From a virus (Duplodnaviria; Heunggongvirae; Uroviricota; Caudoviricetes): a stretch of DNA of 16,271 nucleotides. Below the pieces are notes generated by a model, which was not told where the DNA came from, did not search any database, and worked only from the letters and a program-made list of their open reading frames with translations. Positions within the stretch are counted from its first letter, which is position 1. Each line of letters starts with the position of its first letter. The stretch lies in the IMG/VR virus record IMGVR_UViG_3300031857_000009, one strand, 5' to 3'. A program made the position numbers and the translations under genes. Shown here in pieces: positions 6,624 through 13,664 of the stretch.

Positions 6624-6655
6624 TTTGGATTATAATGAAAAGTGTATTACATTTG
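6624..6655 (+). promoter_or_regulatory. Bacteroidota-type promoter
   Basis: TTTG-N20-TACATTTG. Confidence 0.8.
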
Positions 6656-6677
6656 TATCAAATTAAAAAACATCCAT

Positions 6678-7532
6678 ATGTCACAAGAAAATCGCACACA
6701 GCAAGTTCTCAACAAAGTCGGCCTAAATTGGACCGTAAGAGAAGAAAGTATCACTACAGAAAGTGGTATCATTGTTCCTAAGAGTAAAGCAATCATCCGT
6801 GAGGACACAAACACTGTTTTGTCTGTACATGGTGATGGTTACTTTCCTTATCAAAATCATCAGATGGTTGATTTACTAGACAAGGTATCTCAACAGGTTG
6901 GTTTACCAATTCACAAAGGTGGTTACTTTGGTGGGGGTGAGAAAGTATACCTTCAATTGAAATCAAATGATTTGAAATTGGGCAATGACAGAGTTGAGGG
7001 TTTCATCACTGGTGTGAATTCCTTCGATGGGTCAACTAGTTTGGCATTCGGTCCAAGTAATATTACAATCAGTTGTCAGAATTCATTCTTCGCAGCGTTC
7101 CGTAACTTGAATGCGAAAATTCGTCACACCAAAAACATGGAGATGAGAATCGATGATATCTGTCGTGGTTTGGAGGGGGTACTCGTGGAAGAAAAAGAAA
7201 TGTTCGAAGACATTAAGAAACTTTCTGAAACGAAGATGACCAAGAAACAAGAGGATTGGGTTACACGTACATTGTTCAATATCATGAAAGATGTTGATTT
7301 GAATAGTGACAAAGATGTGTCGACCGTGACTCGTAATCGTCTTTCTCGTTTCTACGTAGACCTTAATGGTGAAGTAAAAGAGAAAGGTGATAACCTTTGG
7401 GGATTGTTCAGTGGGGTTACTAAGTACACCACACATTCCTTAAGTAAAGGTGATAACTCTGAAAACAAGATGTTTGGAACCTATGGACAAAGGGAACGTC
7501 AAATTTTCAAAGAATTGGTTGAGTTGGTTTAA
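6678..7532 (+). CDS. DUF932 / TIGR03299-like phage-plasmid protein, 284 aa
   Basis: GLNWTV, AxxRxDxxxVL, YxPxQN, NSFDGSTS, SCxN, IRHT, NLWGLFSGVTxY motifs typical of DUF932; start moved to 6678. Confidence 0.85.
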   Translation: MSQENRTQQVLNKVGLNWTVREESITTESGIIVPKSKAIIREDTNTVLSVHGDGYFPYQNHQMVDLLDKVSQQVGLPIHKGGYFGGGEKVYLQLKSNDLKLGNDRVEGFITGVNSFDGSTSLAFGPSNITISCQNSFFAAFRNLNAKIRHTKNMEMRIDDICRGLEGVLVEEKEMFEDIKKLSETKMTKKQEDWVTRTLFNIMKDVDLNSDKDVSTVTRNRLSRFYVDLNGEVKEKGDNLWGLFSGVTKYTTHSLSKGDNSENKMFGTYGQRERQIFKELVELV

Positions 7533-7558
7533 GATTGGTTAGGTACTCAATTAATAAG

Positions 7559-7584
7559 AACCCCACAGAAATGTGGGGTTTTTT
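7559..7584 (+). terminator. intrinsic terminator
   Basis: AACCCCACA-GAAA-TGTGGGGTT plus T tract. Confidence 0.9.
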
Positions 7585-7623
7585 ATTGCTCCAAAGTTGA
7601 TGGTGAGCTACGCGCAAACAGTG

Positions 7624-7686
7624 AAAATTGTTTGGCAAACTCTAAACCCAATAAAATCAATACTTTGGGTTCGAGCCAACCAAAAT
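7624..7686. repeat. TTGGC/GCCAA inverted box pair, family B interior
   Basis: AAAATTGTTTGGC ... AACCCAATAAAATCAA ... TTGGGTT ... GCCAACCAAAAT. Confidence 0.85.
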
Positions 7687-7713
7687 CGAGGGCTGCGCGC
7701 AACCAGGAGATGT

Positions 7714-7845
7714 TCATGTATCTTCCCAGAATCTAAATGGTTTCTCTTGATAATCTTCTTTTAGTTGTCTTCTTAACTCATAACAAAACAATATAATGAC
7801 TAATACGAACTCAACTCCTAATGTATAAAGTATCCCTTCTATCAT
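7714..7845 (-). CDS. putative small membrane protein, 43 aa, minus strand (not in ORF track)
   Basis: Hand translation MIEGILYTLGVEFVLVIILFCYELRRQLKEDYQEKPFRFWEDT; hydrophobic N-terminal half and charged tail; fills an otherwise empty gap. Confidence 0.55.
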   Translation of the reverse strand: MIEGILYTLGVEFVLVIILFCYELRRQLKEDYQEKPFRFWEDT

Positions 7846-7917
7846 AATAATAAGTATCCAAGATGGTGATGATGCAGCACAGGATAACTTTTGTTTGGCA
7901 AGAAATATAAAAATAAA

Positions 7918-7949
7918 TTTGGATTATACAAAATATAGATTTATATTTG
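7918..7949 (+). promoter_or_regulatory. Bacteroidota-type promoter
   Basis: TTTG-N20-TATATTTG. Confidence 0.85.
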
Positions 7950-7967
7950 TGTTCTAAATTAATTTAT

Positions 7968-8189
7968 ATGGTTTTAGAAAAACTAACTATCGGTAATGTC
8001 TACTATGTAAAACACATAGGGAATGTTAAGTATTTGGGTAAGTGGAAAATGGATTACTATGTAGAGGGTGAAAAAGGTATTAAAGGAATGAATACCTTTA
8101 AGTTGTTGTCGTTCAGAGGTAATCAACTTCTTTCATTAACCAAAAAAGAAATTGTGAATGACCTATTAGATATTGTACGAAACGAATGA
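7968..8189 (+). CDS. hypothetical protein, 73 aa
   Basis: Start moved from 7947 to ATG 7968; terminator follows. Confidence 0.8.
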   Translation: MVLEKLTIGNVYYVKHIGNVKYLGKWKMDYYVEGEKGIKGMNTFKLLSFRGNQLLSLTKKEIVNDLLDIVRNE

Positions 8190-8191
8190 CG

Positions 8192-8215
8192 AAATCACCT
8201 TCACGGGTGATTTTT
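8192..8215 (+). terminator. intrinsic terminator
   Basis: AAATCACC-TTCACG-GGTGATTT plus T. Confidence 0.8.
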
Positions 8216-8240
8216 GTTTGGCGAAAAAAATAAAAAAAAA

Positions 8241-8272
8241 ATTCACTTATACAAAAAATAGATTTATATTTG
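8241..8272 (+). promoter_or_regulatory. Bacteroidota-type promoter, degenerate -33
   Basis: TATATTTG at 8265-8272; no TTTG at -33, but a TTGGC box at the canonical 47-bp offset. Confidence 0.7.
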
Positions 8273-8292
8273 TACCATAAAACAATCTAAAA

Positions 8293-8571
8293 ATGAAAAA
8301 CAAGAAAGTAACTCCGAAGAAAAAACACACACTCTTAAAGGGTGAGGGTGTTAACCAGCACACTCTGTATGGTGATTTCATTGTTGATGAAACACAAACA
8401 GATTTCGCAGAAGTTGAAGTTAGAAAGGATAGTGTATTAAGACACGAACAACCCGATGGAAGTTTCTCAAACGAACACAAACCACTCAAAGTTGAGCAAG
8501 GTGATTGGGTTATGGGAAAACAAGTTGAGTACAATCCGTTTGAAGGTACTATCACTCAAATTTGGGATTAA
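8293..8571 (+). CDS. small beta-rich protein, 92 aa (GE..H / EH / QxEYxP..D family)
   Basis: HTLLKGEGxNQH, RHE...EH, QVEYNPF...WD motifs; this family is usually found beside DUF6745-type genes (from memory). Confidence 0.8.
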   Translation: MKNKKVTPKKKHTLLKGEGVNQHTLYGDFIVDETQTDFAEVEVRKDSVLRHEQPDGSFSNEHKPLKVEQGDWVMGKQVEYNPFEGTITQIWD

Positions 8572-8573
8572 CT

Positions 8574-8978
8574 ATGGCGAACCCACTAATTCACTCAAAG
8601 AGCAGCGTCAAGCGTTGGGGTGGTAAGGTAGAAGATTATTTACCTATCCACGAACTTATTGATAGTCCGAAAGCGACAATGAACAATAATAGTTCTCGGT
8701 TACTCACCCACAACACTTGGTTCGCATACACTATCATTCCAAAAATCTTCGGTTACAACATTACTAATAGTGATGGTAAGTCAGTTGATGTTGTTGATAT
8801 TGCGATGTTACATATCGCAGAAGATTTTAGAATGAAGTTCGTTCCAACCCCACAAGATTACCTTAAACATTTAGAGGTTCAACCCTGGATGTGTAATGGG
8901 GTAAAAGATTTAGACAACCCCGAAGCGTACGAAGTAGTTAAACAATTAAACCAAAAAATCCACGAATATGCAAACTAA
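8574..8978 (+). CDS. DUF6915-like protein, 134 aa
   Basis: ANPLIHxKSSVKRWGGxxEDYLPIH...HR/HN...FG...NSDG...HIxED pattern; ATG 8574 follows previous stop. Confidence 0.8.
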   Translation: MANPLIHSKSSVKRWGGKVEDYLPIHELIDSPKATMNNNSSRLLTHNTWFAYTIIPKIFGYNITNSDGKSVDVVDIAMLHIAEDFRMKFVPTPQDYLKHLEVQPWMCNGVKDLDNPEAYEVVKQLNQKIHEYAN

Positions 8979-9621
8979 TGAAGCAATCGCACTCTGGAAA
9001 GAGTTAGGTATTACAAGCGCAACTATGGAATTTAGTTGTGGTGGTGATAGTATGAATGATTATCACTTTAATTTTTACAATTCAGAAAACAAAGATGTTG
9101 AGAGTGGTGAACTTGATAGTTTCTTTGATGATGATGTTTTCCGTAGAGTAGAATTTTATGTGAACTCTGACGGACACTACATTGGTGAATTTGGAAGTGT
9201 TGAGATTACACTTGATGAAGATGATGAGGAAAACCCCACTTTCTCGTATTACAAATCTGCACAGGCGGAATGGTCAGAGAGTTTTACAGAAGAAGTTGTT
9301 GTTGAACTCACAGAAAAAGAGGTTGAGTTTATTAGAACCAAAGTCCTTAATTTGGTTGGCAGTCAAGACGGAAGTTCAATTAACTACAAAGGTGATTGTA
9401 TTCTCAATGATGAGGAAGAACAGATTTCTGATACATTATTGGAAAAGATTACTGATGTTGTTGAGAACCACGAATTTGAAAACGCAGACGGCGAACAAGA
9501 GGATTGGTTTCAATTCAACACAGAAGAAGTGGATAGTGATGTATTACCTAAAATTGTAGATAACACATTATTCGTTTCACTAACAAGACAATTTTTGGTA
9601 TTGACTGAAAGTGATATGTAA
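8968..9621 (+). CDS. acidic protein, 217 aa, DUF6878-like N-terminus
   Basis: LGIxxxxMEFSCGGDS...FYVNSDG pattern; overlaps previous gene; family tentative. Confidence 0.75.
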   Translation: MQTNEAIALWKELGITSATMEFSCGGDSMNDYHFNFYNSENKDVESGELDSFFDDDVFRRVEFYVNSDGHYIGEFGSVEITLDEDDEENPTFSYYKSAQAEWSESFTEEVVVELTEKEVEFIRTKVLNLVGSQDGSSINYKGDCILNDEEEQISDTLLEKITDVVENHEFENADGEQEDWFQFNTEEVDSDVLPKIVDNTLFVSLTRQFLVLTESDM

Positions 9622-9641
9622 ACAATTAAAAAGTAAAAGAA

Positions 9642-10331
9642 ATGAAAATCATAATTGAAAACACTCGTTTTGACTACAACATTGGTTGTCGTTTATTAAA
9701 AACAAAATATCGTAATACACCCTTTAATGGTTTGGAAGATATTTGGGAAGATATTGTTCCTATTACTTTCAAAGAAATTACAACCGAAATTCAAAACATT
9801 GAACAGAGGCGTATCGCCGTAGGTTGTTTGGGTTTGGAAAACATTTACAAAGAAGTGAACCCCACACTTATTAAGTCCGAAACGATTTCAAAAGAAACAT
9901 TTTGGGTTGGTGAGAATGGTGAACTCATTAAGAAAAACTTTGAGGACACCTACGAACTTTATGAAGTAAAAGGAAATGTTTGGGGTGAAGGTGCAGAATT
10001 TGGTTGGCGTAGACCAGATAATGTTCACTTTGTAAAGTGTAAGGACACCTCAACTGATAGGGAGTATTTTATTTGGGTGGACGCACAAAGTGTTTATCGT
10101 ACTAACAACAAAGACAAATGGTTGAGTAGTAGTGAGAACTTTGGTGAAAAGATTACCCCTATTCAAGCAATCGCGTGGACAATTCAAACAGACATTAAAG
10201 AAGGTGGAATTGAGAAAATTGTTCGGCAAGGTGATTGTGTTCTTATTAAGAAGAAAAAGAAGTGTGAAAGTGGTTCGGTTAGACACTTGACCGAAAAAGA
10301 ATACCGAAAACTATTGGTCGCAGAGAGTTAG
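9642..10331 (+). CDS. DUF6745-like protein, 229 aa
   Basis: NIEQRRIA..LG.E, VxCxxTSTxRxYxxWV, AIAWT motifs; family tentative. Confidence 0.75.
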   Translation: MKIIIENTRFDYNIGCRLLKTKYRNTPFNGLEDIWEDIVPITFKEITTEIQNIEQRRIAVGCLGLENIYKEVNPTLIKSETISKETFWVGENGELIKKNFEDTYELYEVKGNVWGEGAEFGWRRPDNVHFVKCKDTSTDREYFIWVDAQSVYRTNNKDKWLSSSENFGEKITPIQAIAWTIQTDIKEGGIEKIVRQGDCVLIKKKKKCESGSVRHLTEKEYRKLLVAES

Positions 10332-10351
10332 TTGTTTCATTTTTATTGGTT

Positions 10352-10382
10352 AAAACCCTCACTCAAAAGGTGGGGGTTTTTT
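10352..10382 (+). terminator. intrinsic terminator
   Basis: AAAACCCTCACT-CAAAA-GGTGGGGGTTTTTT. Confidence 0.9.
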
Positions 10383-10420
10383 ATTGCTCCGAAGTTGCTG
10401 CTGGTTGCGCTGCTGTTCGT

Positions 10421-10482
10421 GATTTTGTTTGGCATTCTGTAAACCCAATAAAATCAATGGTTTGGGTTCGCCAACCAAAATC
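10421..10482. repeat. TTGGC/GCCAA inverted box pair, family B interior
   Basis: GATTTTGTTTGGC ... TGTAAACCCAATAAAATCAA ... GCCAACCAAAATC. Confidence 0.9.
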
Positions 10483-10603
10483 AAGGGCTGGTTGCTGCTG
10501 TTGCACAACTGGTTTTTTCTAGTCATTGCTTCTGGTTTTACTGGTTTCCTGCTGCGGGGACCTGGAATCCACCAAATTGTTTGGCAAAAAAAATAAAAAA
10601 ATT

Positions 10604-10635
10604 ATTGGATTATATTCTATATACTTTTATATTTG
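10604..10635 (+). promoter_or_regulatory. Bacteroidota-type promoter
   Basis: ATTG-N20-TATATTTG. Confidence 0.8.
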
Positions 10636-10656
10636 TGGTGTTAAATTAATAAACAT

Positions 10657-11064
10657 ATGTACACGACAATTAAAGATTATTATTCCTTCTTGAAAAAACA
10701 AAAAGAGGAAAAAGAGAATGAACTTTCTAAGATAAAAGAAAGTGTTAACCAACAAATGGATGTTTTTATGTCCGAACATGGTTGGACACGAAAGGGTAAA
10801 GTTCAAACCAAAAAGTATACTCAAAAAGTAACTTACACCAAAAAGTTCAATGGTAAGGATATCGTAATTGAGTATCGTGGTAACTACCAAGATGATTTTG
10901 TTGATGGTGGTTGCCCCGAGTTCGTACACGATAAATCAATACCTAATTGTGTTGAGAAATTTCAAATGGGTTACTTTCATTGGAACGACCAAGACACAAG
11001 TGGTTGGAGTTTAGATGTGGTAATGGAACGAATGGAAGTGTTCTATAACAAGTACACCTCGTAA
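10657..11064 (+). CDS. hypothetical protein, 135 aa
   Basis: ORF between promoter and terminator; N-terminal coiled-coil-like segment. Confidence 0.85.
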   Translation: MYTTIKDYYSFLKKQKEEKENELSKIKESVNQQMDVFMSEHGWTRKGKVQTKKYTQKVTYTKKFNGKDIVIEYRGNYQDDFVDGGCPEFVHDKSIPNCVEKFQMGYFHWNDQDTSGWSLDVVMERMEVFYNKYTS

Positions 11065-11067
11065 GAG

Positions 11068-11089
11068 AAACCCCGAAAGGGGTTTTTTT
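11068..11089 (+). terminator. intrinsic terminator
   Basis: AAACCCC-GAAA-GGGGTTTTTTT. Confidence 0.9.
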
Positions 11090-11094
11090 ATTTC

Positions 11095-11120
11095 TCAGGA
11101 CTCTGAGTCACGGTTCAGGA
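11095..11120. repeat. TGAGTCA spacer element
   Basis: TCAGGA-CTC-TGAGTCA-CGG-TTCAGGA. Confidence 0.7.
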
Positions 11121-11154
11121 CGGAAATTAGATTGGCAAGAAAAATAAAAAAATA

Positions 11155-11186
11155 TTTGGATTATATTAATTACTGATTTATATTTG
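11155..11186 (+). promoter_or_regulatory. Bacteroidota-type promoter
   Basis: TTTG-N20-TATATTTG. Confidence 0.85.
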
Positions 11187-11206
11187 TATTATAAAACGAC
11201 AAGACA

Positions 11207-11425
11207 ATGATAAAATCTATTGATGAAAAACAAGGAGGTATTGAGATTGACCTCACAGGACCTGATGGGAACGCGTTCGTTCTTATTGGTCTCGCCTCAA
11301 AATGGGCGAAACAACTCGGTTTGGACTCCAAGAAAATTCAAGAGGAGATGATGAGTGGGGATTATGAGAATTTGATTGGCGTGATTGAAAAGTATTTCGG
11401 TGACTATGTAACTCTTTATCGTTAA
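11207..11425 (+). CDS. conserved small protein, 72 aa (DLTGPDGNAF motif)
   Basis: ORF after promoter; motif recalled from a widespread small phage family of unknown function. Confidence 0.85.
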   Translation: MIKSIDEKQGGIEIDLTGPDGNAFVLIGLASKWAKQLGLDSKKIQEEMMSGDYENLIGVIEKYFGDYVTLYR

Positions 11426-11429
11426 TCAT

Positions 11430-11633
11430 ATGGCACAGAAAATTCAAATTTTATCCCCTGATGGGTTCACACTCGAAAGGGATGTACCTTACTACAAGTC
11501 GCACAGAGCGGCGTGTAAGGCGTTCGAACAATGGAAGAAAGGGTACGAAACTCAAGGGTATTATTCTTCCGTAAAATATGGTCGCATACCATTAGTTGAC
11601 CTTGAGGATTATTGTCAATTAAATTATTTGTAA
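11430..11633 (+). CDS. hypothetical protein, 67 aa
   Basis: Tightly spaced middle gene of a three-gene operon. Confidence 0.8.
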   Translation: MAQKIQILSPDGFTLERDVPYYKSHRAACKAFEQWKKGYETQGYYSSVKYGRIPLVDLEDYCQLNYL

Positions 11634-11634
11634 C

Positions 11635-11955
11635 ATGAAAAATTTCAGTCAAGTTTGTGTTTGGCCCGCAACTCTTATCGGTAAGTCCAACATTAAGGAA
11701 TTCGAAAAGTGGTTAAAACAAGAATTCGGTGTTCGTGCAAAATATTGTGAGGAAGTAGAAACACTACCTACACCAGGCGAACCTGAAACGGGTGGAAGAA
11801 ACGATGTGTTCTTTAGAGTCCATCAAGATGACATTCCAAAATTCGCAGTACCCCGTTTACAAATTGGTATTCGTTGGTGGGAGGATGTATTACTTAATGG
11901 TAATGGTGTTCTCTATCCCCAAGATATTTTGGAAAGATACCCGAAGACATGGTGA
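11635..11955 (+). CDS. conserved hypothetical protein, 106 aa (TGGRND / GIRWWED motifs)
   Basis: ATG 2 nt after the previous stop. Confidence 0.85.
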   Translation: MKNFSQVCVWPATLIGKSNIKEFEKWLKQEFGVRAKYCEEVETLPTPGEPETGGRNDVFFRVHQDDIPKFAVPRLQIGIRWWEDVLLNGNGVLYPQDILERYPKTW

Positions 11956-11982
11956 ACAGTGAATATTGATTGGCAAAAATAA

Positions 11983-12013
11983 CTTGTAAAAAGAAATAAT
12001 CTTTATACCTTTG
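11983..12013 (+). promoter_or_regulatory. Bacteroidota-type promoter
   Basis: CTTG-N19-TACCTTTG. Confidence 0.75.
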
Positions 12014-12028
12014 TAAAAAACCATTCGT

Positions 12029-12280
12029 ATGACAAATCAAGAAATAACTACCCATTGGGTAAATCAAAGTGAGAAAGTCCTAAAGGGACGAGTTATCAAA
12101 TCAGTTCGTTATCTTACCGATGAGGAAATGGAACTTATGGGTTGGTACAAGAGACCAATTTGTATTGAGTTGGACAACGGAACACTATGTATTCCTTCTA
12201 TGGATGATGAGGGAAATGATGGTGGAAGTTTGTTCTACCAAGAAAAAGGTAAAGAACTTGATGTATTACCTGTAATCTAA
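12029..12280 (+). CDS. conserved hypothetical protein, 83 aa (DDEGNDGG motif)
   Basis: ORF after promoter; motif recalled from an uncharacterised phage family. Confidence 0.85.
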   Translation: MTNQEITTHWVNQSEKVLKGRVIKSVRYLTDEEMELMGWYKRPICIELDNGTLCIPSMDDEGNDGGSLFYQEKGKELDVLPVI

Positions 12281-12365
12281 AAACACTTGACAATGTAAAA
12301 TATGATGTGTAACTTTTTATTGGATTACATTTCATAGTTGTAATTTGTGTTTGGTTTGACACACT

Positions 12366-12393
12366 AAAGGGGTTCTTCGGAATCCCTTTTTTT
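12366..12393 (+). terminator. intrinsic terminator
   Basis: AAAGGGGTTC-TTCG-GAATCCCTTTTTTT (cUUCGg loop). Confidence 0.9.
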
Positions 12394-12582
12394 GTTTCTA
12401 AAATACTGAAAATCTTCGTTTTAACATACGCCAGGGGGAAAACTGGACGACGGCTGGACGATTTTGTTTGGCAAGAAATACTAGTATTCTTGGTGAATAT
12501 CCTTAAAAGTTTTAGTATGTTTGTCATACACAAAGTCAAAGATGTATGTGGAAAAACTTTTTTGAAAAAACTTTAAAAAAAA

Positions 12583-12614
12583 TTTGGAAAAAAAGAAAAA
12601 CTATTATATCTTTG
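12583..12614 (+). promoter_or_regulatory. Bacteroidota-type promoter
   Basis: TTTG-N20-TATCTTTG. Confidence 0.85.
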
Positions 12615-12653
12615 TACCCACATTAAATCTTTAATCTAAAATTAGAAACGAAA

Positions 12654-13409
12654 ATGAGTACAAAAAATGTTCAAGTAAAGTTCACCCAAAATTTGGGTAT
12701 GTTCAAACTTCACAATGTAAATCGTGAGGTAGACTCTCCACGCGTTAAGCGTATTACAGACTCGATGAAGAAGGACGGATTAAAACTCGTTCCAATCATT
12801 GTAAACTCCCAGTATGTGGTTGTAGACGGACAACACCGACTAACCGCAGCAAAAGAAGCGGGTAAAGGTATCTACTTTATTGTAGACAACTCAATCCCCA
12901 ACACCACGAAAGGTATCTTTGAAGCCGCACGTAAGTTCAACCAGAACATGAAAGAGTGGGGTAAGAAAGATTACATTCATGGTTTTTCCGAACAAGGAAA
13001 CAAATCTTACAAAACTTTGGAAGATTTTTCAAAAGAGTTTCCGATGTTTTCTTTGACCGAAAGAATTATGTTACTACAAAATTCTGGTACTCGTCATTGT
13101 GACAAACAAGATTTTGCGGATGGTAAGTTTGTTGTTGGTAATATGGAAACCGCCAAAGAATGGGCGAATAACCTACTCCAACTGAAACCTTACTTTGAAA
13201 AGGGTTACAACAAATCGGTATTTGTTCGTACTATTCTTACCATTATGGAAAAGAAACCCGATTTTAAGTTTGAAGAATTTTTACATAAAGTAAAACTTCG
13301 TCCAAGTTCAATCTATATGTGTGGTGATAAAAAATCATACGCGGAAATGATTGAAGACATTTACAACTACAAGCGTCGTAATGAGGACAAGTTGAACCTT
13401 CGTTTCTAA
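12654..13409 (+). CDS. ParB/Srx N-terminal-like (DGQHR) domain protein, 251 aa
   Basis: NRxV...V..I..SM...G...PIIVN....VVDGQHRL.A motif is the ParB/Srx-fold signature. Confidence 0.85.
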   Translation: MSTKNVQVKFTQNLGMFKLHNVNREVDSPRVKRITDSMKKDGLKLVPIIVNSQYVVVDGQHRLTAAKEAGKGIYFIVDNSIPNTTKGIFEAARKFNQNMKEWGKKDYIHGFSEQGNKSYKTLEDFSKEFPMFSLTERIMLLQNSGTRHCDKQDFADGKFVVGNMETAKEWANNLLQLKPYFEKGYNKSVFVRTILTIMEKKPDFKFEEFLHKVKLRPSSIYMCGDKKSYAEMIEDIYNYKRRNEDKLNLRF

Positions 13410-13431
13410 CTTTGGATTAGGGTTAGTGATT

Positions 13432-13461
13432 GGGGTGACCGAAAGGTTACCCCTTTTTTTT
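13432..13461 (+). terminator. intrinsic terminator
   Basis: GGGGTGACC-GAAA-GGTTACCCT plus T tract. Confidence 0.9.
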
Positions 13462-13609
13462 GCTCAAAATTTCACAAGATGTAACATCCTGAAGACGACT
13501 CCAGATTTTGTTTGGCGGAGTTTTCAACACACAAATGTTTGTAATCCAATAAAAAAGACACTTTTTGTATAAGGTTTTGACAAAAAAGTTGAACAAAGTG
13601 AAAATATTT

Positions 13610-13641
13610 GTTGTTTATCGAAAATATTCTTATTACTTTTG
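13610..13641 (+). promoter_or_regulatory. Bacteroidota-type promoter
   Basis: GTTG-N20-TACTTTTG. Confidence 0.7.
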
Positions 13642-13664
13642 TACTGTAATTCAAAAACTTGAAT

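Noticed and set aside
2180-7764. Plus-strand ORFs spanning spacers (2180-2368, 2569-2799, 3784-4056, 4974-5177, 7573-7764) and 9182-9559
   Set aside because: They run through terminators and boxes or overlap better genes in another frame
12489-12523. Extra promoter with TATGTTTG at 12516-12523
   Set aside because: No TTTG at the correct distance and no ORF immediately downstream
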